This document shows positions 1 to 9,872 of a DNA stretch of 32,065 nucleotides, piece after piece. A program made the position numbers and the translations under genes. The stretch's first letter is position 1; each line of letters begins with the position of its first letter. Under the pieces are notes generated by a model. That model searched no databases, was not told where the DNA came from, and saw nothing but the letters and a program-made list of their open reading frames with translations. This DNA comes from Octopus bimaculoides. Its lineage: Eukaryota. The DNA lies in contig NC_068981.1 in assembly GCF_001194135.2 (NCBI RefSeq), positions 166,364,044 through 166,396,108 on the forward strand, in the 5' to 3' direction.

Positions 1-445
1 CTAGTGATCAGCACTGCCACACTCAGCCTCTCCTCACTTTCACATACAGAACTTTTCCTATAGTGTACTAACGAACTGGTATAATTGCTCACGCGTCATT
101 TACTGACTCTTTCTATCTGCTGTAATAACACACACATGTATCACTCACATACACACTTTTCTTTGCATGACGGCCTGTCTTTGATTATGTTCTTATATGT
201 CGCATTCACACTCTCACACAGACATACATCTTTAACGCTACAATAAATATCTCTGTTATTCATCTAATACGGTTGTGGTCATTCATTACTGGTCATCTAT
301 GTTATCGTCGCATAACATATTATATATATCATCCATCGATATATATATGGTATGTTCGACCGTGTGACACGTTTAAATAAAAGGAGTCCTGTTTTTCCAT
401 TCGTCACCATTTCTCCTTTTTGAGTTCGCACGGTCGTCCCTTACA
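1..445 (+). mobile_element. 3' part of a Gypsy-type LTR (copy A, cut by the window start)
   Basis: Aligns with 11042-11486 and very closely with 19970-20332. Ends ...GGTCGTCCCTTACA (CA terminus) and contains AATAAA at ~243. No PBS follows. Confidence 0.85.
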
Positions 446-1821
446 TATGCTTGCGTGTACACATGCATGAAGCGTATTGTAATTTCAAAGCGTTTGTCAC
501 GAAAATTGAGTGTAAGATTATGACGTGTATTGAAGAATTTACGTCATTCCTTACTATAAATAACTACACCATCCTTCTTATTCATGAGTCGTGCGCAGTG
601 ATTTCATTACAGCTTTCCAATCGTAACCGTATCGTCTCGTAACCTCTAACACGAAAACCATAACCCCACTAAATTCAACCCCAACCTTAACTTACTAAAC
701 CTAAACCTAAATGAACCCTAAGCAATAGTATTATCATGTATTGTAATAAATTTTATTGAATCGTACTGCATGCGTTTAGCGCATGCGTAAAAATCAAAAT
801 GAATTAGACCGTTTCATTTTGTTTTGAAAAACTATTTCAGACAGTAAAGTACGAGATAATTATGAATAGAATAAGTTACTCGTGATAATAAGTAAATTGT
901 GGAAGCACTTGATATTTTAACCACTCTGTACAAAACACACAAACCAAAAGAATGCAATCGAACCAATCAAAAGCATAGAAAACAGCATTTTTCTCGAGGA
1001 ATGGGAATTTGAATTTGACACATGTTCAGGGCAGCTGCAGGAATCAATCATTTTCGAATATTAGTAAGATTAAAAAATAGGGTCGCATTATATACACTTT
1101 TGCCATGATCCAGGGATGCAAGAAGAGCCGAACACACTACTATGAGTTATTGAAACAAATATCAAACAAATGTCAAATTTATACAGTTTGTTTACCACAT
1201 AAACCATTCATCAACTGGAGGTACCTGCTTGCAACATAGCGAGTTAATGAGGGTAACATTTGTGTGGTTGTTCGAACCACAAAAAATAGCAATCAAAATC
1301 TCCTGTAAATCATATTTTATTATGTTAAAAAAAAGGACGTATTTCATGAGCGTAGCCAAGATTTTGATTGAAGGTTCCCAAATATTAAGATGAACCCACC
1401 ATTAGTTGTCTAATTTACAAAAATAAATGTTAGATAATTATACTTGCATGAAGTAGAGTAAGAGTTCGCCGAATCTATTGAGCCCCACCAGGGGTGGAAG
1501 CATTTGATAAAAGTGGTTCTTGTTGGATTGTTCCTGAGAAAAGATGAAATAGTTGCGACTGGAATAGCTTTTGACCAAAGATTCACTCAATCAAAGCTCA
1601 CATTGGGCTTAACAACAACAACAACAACTAACAGAGAGGCAGAGCAAACATTGAGATTTGATTAAACATTTGGATCTCTTCTTCTCTGGTAGCTGGAGAT
1701 CAAATCAGAAAAAAAAGACAAAAAGAAAAACAGCCTCAAGATAAACGACAACGGTGTAGAAAGACATTTTTGTACAAGGGCTGAAACGAGAGATAGTGCC
1801 GCAGTTCAAATATCAGAAATA

Positions 1822-2110
1822 GATATTAATGATAAAGGAACAAAGCTAGAAACACTTGCAGACATTGTCCAGTCAATGGCAGCACTAATCAAACCTAAAC
1901 CAGTATGGAGAGATAGAAATATCATCATGGAGAACAAACTTACTCCTGCATGCACATCTACTCTCCATGTTCTGGTACGAGTGCAAAATGTGACTTCTCA
2001 CTACAGGGGGAAAATATTCTGATATTATAAATTAAATGCCACTACATCTTATACATCTCGTACTTGGATCACATCACAAATTAGAAGCTTTTCAAAACCA
2101 TTCAGTCTCA
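1822..2110 (+). mobile_element. Degenerate RTE-clade LINE fragment (region C-terminal to RT)
   Basis: Broken translation INDKGTKLETLADIVQSMAALIKPKPVWRDRNIIMENKL / LLHAHLLSMFWYECKM* / LYISYLDHITN* resembles RTE ORF2 motifs (IWRDRNISL..K, SIFLYACETW, ISY.DHITNEEV) as I recall them. Confidence 0.7.
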
Positions 2111-2445
2111 CGTTGGCTCCCATCAAGACCTCACAATTGTGAGGAAAACAGAATTAATGACGATAGGGGTAAAATGGACGAAAAACATAAAATAAACCGG
2201 CAAAACATTAGCGAAAACCCGAACTCTGGCACACTGTTGCTGACATAGAAGACTAGTGTTCATCAGTGTTCTCGACGGCACCCTTACGATTGCATCTGAA
2301 GTCGAGGGTCCAAGCAAGGACACACACACACACACATGTGTGTATGTATGTATATGCAAGCATATAAATCCAAACTAAAGGGAAAAAAACATATTCAATA
2401 AATTATTTTATTGGAAGCAGAAAAGCTTCGCAAATGCGACGAGTG

Positions 2446-2464
2446 TAGTGACCCCTGGCGGTCA
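2446..2464 (-). promoter_or_regulatory. CTCF-like binding site
   Basis: Minus strand reads TGACCGCCAGGGGTCACTA, versus the canonical TGGCCACCAGGGGGCGCTA. Confidence 0.5.
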
Positions 2465-2525
2465 AGCAGGAAAGCAAAACGAAAAGGGGATGTAACGAGA
2501 GTAATCTCCCTCGACCATCTCGCAA

Positions 2526-2550
2526 ATTCGAGAAAATTCTAGAAACTTTC
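2526..2550. promoter_or_regulatory. Heat shock element (HSF site)
   Basis: aTTCg aGAAa aTTCt aGAAa cTTtc: four perfect alternating nTTCn/nGAAn pentamers plus one imperfect. A CRE/ATF-like TGACGTGG follows at ~2554. Confidence 0.75.
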
Positions 2551-2587
2551 AATTGACGTGGAAGTCGAGGACTTCGGAGTCATCCCT

Positions 2588-2627
2588 TATATAAAGCGAA
2601 CGCATTTCTAATTTCGCGCTCCTTTTG
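2588..2627 (+). promoter_or_regulatory. TATA box with TCT/TOP-like pyrimidine initiator
   Basis: TATATAAA at 2588-2595 and CTCCTTTT at 2619-2626, 31-34 nt downstream, in CpG-rich surroundings. Confidence 0.6.
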
Positions 2628-4444
2628 CCTGTCGGTTCCTAGGCGTACGCATTGAGCCACACCACTCACACGCACACACACCGCACGCGCGCATATTCGC
2701 CTCATTTTGCTTTAAGACATGTGGTCGCAAAGTATGTTCATGTAATATGTTACAAGCCTTTTCTTTCAAACCATTCTTATATGTTAACACATTACAGCCA
2801 GTAATAAATATGGTATGACTTATTATGAACGTCTCACAAGTTCTTATTTTTCTTGTGGTTTTACGTACAAGATGGTGACCACTCTTTCTCGCATGCAATC
2901 GTAAAATTGTAGGTTGTCCCATACTGACATCACTACACGAGTTTCGTTTTACTAATTTTGGGATCAAAAAAAGAAAGAAATTGATGCGAATACATCATTT
3001 TTCGTTCGAAGATCGGTAATGAGAAACTCGGAGTAACGATTTATGAAGTTTTTCAATTTCCAATAAAATTTCACGCGCGCGCGCATTGACAGTCCCGCAC
3101 AGATGACAGTATACGAACTGCATACAATTTGGACTGCAGCTCTTCATATTACATTGACTCAGCTCTCGATTACTGTTCTCTAAATAAACAACACAGTCTT
3201 AACAATTAATCAGTTCAACTTAATCTCACATCTCAGCCGGAACTGTTTTAATCCGTTGTTAATCCGATCATTTTTTATTATTTCACACTATTGTGACGTG
3301 TGGTCTAAGGTCGGAGGCAAAGCGTTCGACATATTTAGCCCGCTGCACGGTTTCGTTTCCCAATTTAAAATCTAAAAATTCTTCGTAGCTACCGCCTCTT
3401 CGTTTTATGGTTATATGATAAATAAAATATATAAATAAATAACACGATAGGAAAAAGAAAAAAAGAACCATACATTTCTTTCAAGGGGAAAAAGTTAACG
3501 ACCCGATTTTAATTTCTGCTGGGAGGTATTTTAATTAATTTCTGTTTTAAATGACAAAACATTTCCCAAAAGTTATTTGCTTAAATTTAACTGCTTACAT
3601 GCTGATAACTGTCAGTTGCAATGTTTTCACATTTGAGTTTTTCACTAATGTAGTAAATTAACTGTGTTGCTAAGGATATGACATAAACAATAAGCCTAAT
3701 TATTGTCACATTCAGACCCTGGTACACGCTAATACCATTTTTATATTAAACTATAGGTATAGTTTACCAGCATACTGCCTAATGGACATAACTTCCTACC
3801 CATTTATGTCTGAGAATATATTCTTAGTAAGGATTGAGCAGCCAAAAAAATGTGATGAATGATTTCTTTCAGAAAATTGCTTAATTTGCATTTGACAGCA
3901 GTCTTTTGTTTTGCTATTATTATTTATTATTTGCAGCGTGGAAGGTGTTTATAAGCCATTTAAGAAACACACAAAAACCGTTAGATTCACTTCAACATTT
4001 AAATTTAATTTGCCAAAATATTTTCGTCGTTTTGAGACCGCTACCTGTTCACTGACAAAATTCCGTTCTGCATCTCTTGGAATAGTATTTATTTATTTTG
4101 TATTGCTAGTGAAGCGAAACGCTTCCTTGATTCTTAACCAGGATTCGAAACCCAATCTAGATTTTTCTGTGAGTCCCCTTCCTATTCTTTTCGGCATTTT
4201 CTCTAAGCAATTTATTGAGAGTCAACTATCACATCTATATAAGGACTATTGTTTCTTGAGGATCCTTAGGTTAAATACAGTTCAAATCAGATTACAACGA
4301 AAAACCCTTTGTTAAGCCTAACCTAATTTATGTACGAAAATATTATAAATATAGGACCCAAATTCAATTGTTCCTCTTTCATCTGGCCCCTTGCTAAAGG
4401 AGTATTTGACGTATGACATGTCATCGAGGAAACATTCAACTTTC

Positions 4445-4585
4445 CGAAATTTTTGGGGAGGGGGCCAGTCGATTAGATCGACCCCAGTGCGCAATTGGTA
4501 CTTAATTTATCGACCCCGAAAGGATGAAAGGCAAAGTCGACCTCGGCGGAATTTGAACTCAGAACGTAACGACAGACAAAATACC
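4445..4585 (-). mobile_element. tRNA-derived SINE, 3' portion (B box and body), split by an insertion
   Basis: Minus strand has the B box GAGTTCAAATTCC and the body GGTCGACTTTGCCTTTCATCCTTTCGGGGTCGATAAA, shared with copies at 7310-7485, 12562-12710 and 18760-18935. Confidence 0.9.
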
Positions 4586-6223
4586 AATTTCTTTATTGCC
4601 CACCGGGGGCTAAACATAGAGGTGACCAGCAAAACATGTGGGACATAAAACATATATAAAAATAGAAATGAATGTTATAATGTATGAAGACATGAAATGA
4701 TAGAATGGAAATGGAACCACTCGCCCCACTTACGAGTGGTCTCATTTTCTACTTTTTAAATCCTGAACCTTCTAACACATCGATACCTGTTTCCTCCAAC
4801 CACCTATCGTATGTAGTAAATCCTTGGGATGAACTCCAGCTGCAGTCCACCTCCCAAAAATAAAATCGAACCATATACTCCTGTATTTTTCTCCCTGCCT
4901 CTTGTCTGGTATTACACACAAATGATGTTCCTCCACATTATCATACCCCGCAGTTCCAATACACTCTATATCCCATTCCGCCATATCCCTTAACAGTTCG
5001 TCACTAAGCAACATATAAATCCTACATTTTTTCCTTCTCTTTCTTTGACTTGGGGGAGGGGTTTTGGGTTTCTTTGTATGTATTTGCATCTTGTTTTTGT
5101 GTCGGATGGGAATGGATAGGCCTAGTGTCTGCAGGGAGTGGGTGGGTCTGAGAGGGTGTGGAATGTGGGTTACAGTTTAGCTCACTTGCCTTTTTTCGTT
5201 TTTTTCCTGTTACATTTTGCCATTTATTTTTTCCTGTTTCCGCTACTTCCTTTTCTTTTTCGGTTACTTCCTTTCTGCGGCTCTCTTCTATCTTCTCTTC
5301 CGCATTTTCTGGTCACTTTTTTCTTGGCTTTGATGTACATTCTGCTCTTATATGTCCCTTCAGGCCACATTTAAAGCAGCGTGGAACTCTTCCTTCCACC
5401 CTGACAGTCATAATTGTTTCTTCCATAATTATGGTTTCCGTAATCTTTTCCATCGTTTCTTTTGAACCTTGGACTATCATCTCCAGTTGACGCACTCTTT
5501 TTTTCTTGGCCTGGAGCACTACTCTGTTGTCCTCATTACCAAAGAGGACCGCATCTGCCACCCAGGTCACATCAATCTCCGGTGGAATTCCTTCAACCGT
5601 GACCCTTGTTGCTCTCATGCCTCTATACGTGGGCAACAGCACCACTTCTTCGCTCCGAATTGTCGACGCTGCATGTTTCCTTGCTGCTGCTGCATTACGA
5701 AACCTCACTTCTACTGTTTCAAATGTTGAACCTCTAGTCAGGTATATTATGTCTTCCCAAATCTGCTTTAACGCCTTTTCTATTTGTTCTGTCGTGACGA
5801 CGTCTATTTTCCCTTTATTTATCGAAAAGTTTCGATAGATTATCGTCTTTTCCCTTATTCTGTTTTTGCGGGGGTGACAGCTTCACTTCAAACCCATCTC
5901 GGTTCATTTCTTCTTTGTGTCTTCCGAATTCCCTAATGTCCACTTCTGTTTCTTTACACCTTGCTGCATCAGCAAAATTCCGCTTCTCTTTTATCAGTTT
6001 CTGATCCATTGTCTTAACTGCCTCCAACAACTCCTCCTCGGACGATGACATGCCTGAGTAACTATAACTGTCTTCAGACATTCTTCAACCAGCTGTCACT
6101 TCTCTTACGAGAAGAGAAAGCTCAAACAAATTACACACGTAAACACCGAAACCGCTGCAAAGCAGCACACACACAAAAGAAAACTATTCAAAAATCACCA
6201 CGTATTAACTTCACAAAGACGTT
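4586..6223 (-). mobile_element. ORF1-only non-LTR retrotransposon (Tx1/L1-like, HAL1-type), 1638 bp
   Basis: ATACC is duplicated at 4581-4585 and 6224-6228. It has a ~140 nt 5' UTR, a gag-like ORF1 and a ~185 nt 3' UTR ending GGGCAATAAAGAAATT. No endonuclease or RT coding sequence is present. Confidence 0.8.
4772..6081 (-). pseudogene. Disrupted gag-like ORF1 (putative RRM-like region plus CCHC zinc knuckle)
   Basis: ORF pieces 6081-5815, 5708-5313 and 5089-4772 are joined across frameshifts and stops. The knuckle is CFKCGLKGHIRAEC (CX2CX4HX4C), followed by an acidic/basic stretch and KWQNVTGKKRKK. Confidence 0.8.
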
Positions 6224-6277
6224 ATACCGCTAAACAGTTCGACCGGCGTGCTAACGTTTCTGCCAGCTCCACGCCTT
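6224..6277 (-). mobile_element. tRNA-derived SINE, 5' portion (A box), continuation of 4445-4585
   Basis: Minus strand AAGGCGTGGAGCTGGCAGAAACGTTAGCACGCCGGTCGAACTGTTTAGCGGTAT. The unsplit junction GAAATACCGCTAGGCATTTTG is seen at ~18885-18905. Confidence 0.85.
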
Positions 6278-6279
6278 AA

Positions 6280-6345
6280 CCACAATGGTACTAAAGCCAT
6301 CAACACCTACAACAGCGACTCAGATGTTTGAAATATATCACCATT
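6280..6345. repeat. Dispersed repeat fragment, homologous to ~26345-26410
   Basis: ACAATGGTACTAAAGCCATC..AGCGACTCAGA versus ACAATGGTGATAAAGCCATC..AGCGACTCAGA. Confidence 0.55.
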
Positions 6346-6735
6346 AAACAGTTCGACACGAGCATACATGCAAACGTCACATATAACCGCTACAGCTAAA
6401 ATAAAATTTCCTTGTTTCGTTTTCAGTCCAAGTTTTGAGTCATTGATAGCTTTCATATTCACTTCTCTGTCTAGTGTTGTTAAGTGTTAATAAAGTTTGT
6501 CACTCTATTTTGATTTTGTATCATTTTTCTTTCCTTTTTGAATCTGCCTTTTTCTTTTGTCAGTATCTAGAACTTTTCCTTCTGTGAAATTAACATTTAG
6601 TTTGTACTTCATTGATTAATTCGCATATGATTATTATTCGTTGTTTCTTACATAGACAAATAGCTTGAGATTCTAAGAGATAACAAAATTAACGATAAAT
6701 AATAAAAAAAAAAACGTTGTTCTTAGATAACTACT

Positions 6736-7278
6736 ATTAAAGATTTGTAGATACGTGGTACTTCGTTATGCAAACACACTATAGTATTAAGGTATACCAA
6801 ATGTTTTCAGAAGTCAGTACCACGTTCTATTGCGTCAGCAGTGCTCGTACATTATTTTGTTTATGTTATTTCTTCAGATATTCTATAGAACTTTGATCTT
6901 CACTACAACGTTTCGTATCGAGACGTCAGATGTGAACAGACAATGTGATCGAAGACAAATGTGAGTAATGAGATATTTCGGGAGTAGCCCCTTCTTCAGC
7001 ACTATCTAATCTACTATTGCTTTCGAACACATTGTTTATATAGCCACCGCATACAACGGTACTAAGTTATTGGGTATACCAATTTACATATTAGACGCAT
7101 TCCTGGGGCTAGTATGTAGACATTAAAGATTTGTAGGTACGTGGTACTTTGTTATGCAAACACAATATACTATAAGGTATACTAAATGTTTTCATAAATC
7201 AGTACCACATTCTATTGCGTCAGCAGTGCTCGTACATTATTTTGTTAAAGTTATATCTTCAGATATTCTATAGAACTT
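6736..7278. repeat. Direct repeat of ~157 bp (6736-6893 and 7122-7278), period ~386 bp
   Basis: Both copies run ATTAAAGATTTGTAG...ATTGCGTCAGCAGTGCTCGTACATTATTTTGTT...CTTCAGATATTCTATAGAACTT with scattered substitutions. Confidence 0.9.
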
Positions 7279-7309
7279 GTAGTCAGCACTGATTTTTATC
7301 CTAGAGGAC

Positions 7310-7485
7310 ATAATCCTTTCTACTATAAACACAAGGCCTGAAATTTGGGGCTAATCGATAACATCGACCCTAGTACTCGACTGGTACTTATTTTATCGAG
7401 CCCCAAAAGGATGAAAAGTAAAGTCGACCTCGGCGGAATTTGAACTCAGAACGTAAAGCCGAAAGAAATGCTTCGAAGCATTTTT
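7310..7485 (-). mobile_element. tRNA-derived SINE (partial)
   Basis: GTCGACCTCGGCGGAATTTGAACTCAGAACGTAAAG core, the same family as 4445-4585. Confidence 0.85.
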
Positions 7486-8384
7486 GAAATCGCATTCATG
7501 GGAAAATTTGAACTCTGTATTGCAAGCTTAAAAGAATTTTCTGCTGCACTGCAGCTGATTTCTAGTGTTAACGGTATTTGACTTCTAGTATTACGTATTA
7601 TAGAATATGTGCTCAGCTCTGAACAATAACGATATACTTTGAACTATACTACTCAGTCGATGATTCCGCAACTCTCCATGAAATTCGATCAAACCTCAAT
7701 CCACGCGATACCACCTTTTAACACGTAAATCAACAAAAAAGTCTCTATGCAGTTGTTCAACCTCGGGAAACAAATATTTTATTGAATGATATATGACACT
7801 TAATTTTCAGCAAATAGAGTGCCTTGAATACGAATTTTAACTTGGTTTGTCCCTATCAGGTCCTGGTTCTTGTCAATAGCCTATGTGCCATTTACCAGAT
7901 TTTTCAAATTAAGACTAAAAAAATTAAGTCGTATTCAAATTTATTTCCAAGTTTCATGAATACGAGCAGTTCAAACTATTGTAAAGTTACATTATAACGA
8001 TAGAAATAACTTGAAACTTTAAAAAAATAAGGATATTTAAAAGAAATAACGAGAAGAATTTTCTTTTAAAAGACTTCCTCGCGTATTTTTTTGTTGATGG
8101 CAGATTTCTTTTCAAGCATCAACAGTAATTAACCATCATGTGGGAACCTCAGCGTCCTTGGTACCCCTCCATAATTTTGATATCTTGGTGGAATCTCTCC
8201 CTTTCTTTGTTCGTCACTTACAGCACCTAAATTACTTGGAAATTGGTCAGCCTGTACACTTGCTAAGATTGATGTCACGCTTCGTACTACACTGCATATT
8301 GGAGAGGAGTGTTGAACTTACGACTGAGTCCAATGTTAGGTTGCGAGTCGCACTTTACTGTGCCCCCTTTTTTATATCTATCTA

Positions 8385-8393
8385 TCTGTCTGT

Positions 8394-8436
<43 letters not shown>

Positions 8437-8582
8437 CCGGTTTGGCAGAGCAAACAAGAGAAATAGAACTCAATATATGAGTATACATACTTTTCTATTT
8501 TTAATAGTCAGAAAGTTACAAAAGTTACACATGAGCTGATAGATTCGTGCATGACACCTTTCATTTTGAAGAAAGAAAGAAC

Positions 8583-8621
<39 letters not shown>
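8385..8621. repeat. Facing (TATC)n (8385-8435) and (GATA)n (8586-8621) microsatellites
   Basis: Read directly. The two tracts are reverse complements. Confidence 0.9.
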
Positions 8622-8622
<1 letters not shown>

Positions 8623-8852
8623 TTGTTGACTCTTCTTTAGTTAGTGATGGTCATTCCGAAGGGAAGTGTAATCACTTACATACGTACGTACGTACATATC
8701 TTCAAATCCAATCTATTAGTTGCACAATGAAGACTTGTAAAACATTCCAAAGATTCTCCATCTGAGAATCTTTAGCTGAATAGATGCACGCACTTGAGTG
8801 TGTGCATCTCTTGAACTCTCTTATAAGAACTTAAGTAAAACTCAAGAAAAAT

Positions 8853-9176
8853 CACACACACACACACACACATACGCACGCACACACGCGTGCGCACATA
8901 CATACATACTGGAGCAAAATATAGTTGAACTTGGGCTTTGGGGAGAGAGAGCGCAACCCCTTACACTACAAATGATTACGATATCTAGGACTATAAAAAT
9001 CTACAAGACCTTAAGATTTAAAGAATGATGAACAAAGCAAGATCCTTTCCCTGGCAACGTTGTTACCATGTGGCCGGTTTAAAATTAACTCTAAATTAAA
9101 AAGAGAAAAAGAATACATACATACATACGCATGCATGCATACATACAAACATACATACATACATACATACATACAT
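8853..9176. repeat. (CA)n-rich tract (8853-8910) and (TACA)n tract (9112-9176)
   Basis: Read directly. Confidence 0.9.
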
Positions 9177-9177
9177 A

Positions 9178-9872
9178 AAAATAGCTGATTTACAGAAGGC
9201 CATCAGCCATGTGATGATGCTTATTGCTTGTAAACGAGCAAATCACAATGTGTCTCACCAACACAAAGTGAAGGAGATAGAAGTGATGTTTGGAGATAAC
9301 AACAAGAGAATTGTAAGCTGATCAGCCTCAAGTAGGAGCTGAAAGCTGTCAGTGAGAAACTCCGACATCAGAAGAGAATAACCAAGAGGAAAACAATAAG
9401 CAAAAAGTTTAACCGGAACCAGGCAGCAGTGTGCAGAGACATGAGAGGAGAAGCAGTGAATATCACAGAAGATCCTTCACGAGAATACATAGACTGTTTC
9501 TGGAGGATAATCTGGAGCGAAGAGATGGAGTTTAACCAAGATGCTATGTGACTGGAAAAAATTCGAAGAAGTTATTGTCCCTGCATTACACTCAAGACAT
9601 ACAACATTGATAGTGATACCCTTGTGACTGTAATACAGAAATTTCATGATGGAAAAGCATCTGCAAGAGACTTGATTGTTGGATATTGTTACAAGAATCT
9701 AATAGTTTACCGACCATATCTTATCAACCTGTATCAGCAAGCTCTCAATGGGAATAATAGCATACCAGACTAGGTAGCTCTGGCGGAAACAAAACTGATC
9801 CCCAAAGGCAGAACCAGCCACATGACAAAAAACTGCCGGCCAATTGCATGCCAGAACTTAATGTGTAAAAAA
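9178..9872 (+). mobile_element. R4/Dong-like RLE-type LINE remnant, region N-terminal to RT
   Basis: Near-continuous frame ...ELKAVSEKLRHQKR...FWRIIWSEE...KASARDLIVGYCYK...IPD*VALAETKLIPK...KNCRPIACQNLMCK, resembling the KAPG..D / PK....YRPI RT N-terminal motifs. Confidence 0.8.

Noticed and set aside
640-722. Telomere-like CCTAA repeats
   Set aside because: Highly irregular, not a (TTAGGG)n array; more like subterminal repeats of a DNA element.
1440-1800. Second RTE-like fragment
   Set aside because: Only faint similarity (KRKTASR*TTTV*KDI), too degenerate to call.
3911-4315. 134-aa ORF downstream of the HSE promoter
   Set aside because: TTG start, AT-biased composition, no Hsp or other recognisable motif.
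6224-6277. tRNA gene (also at other A/B-box heads)
   Set aside because: No cloverleaf; these are SINE heads joined to SINE bodies.
8098-8466. 108-aa plus-strand ORF in a GC-richer patch
   Set aside because: No recognisable domain, no good donor, and the C-terminus is (TATC)n read-through.
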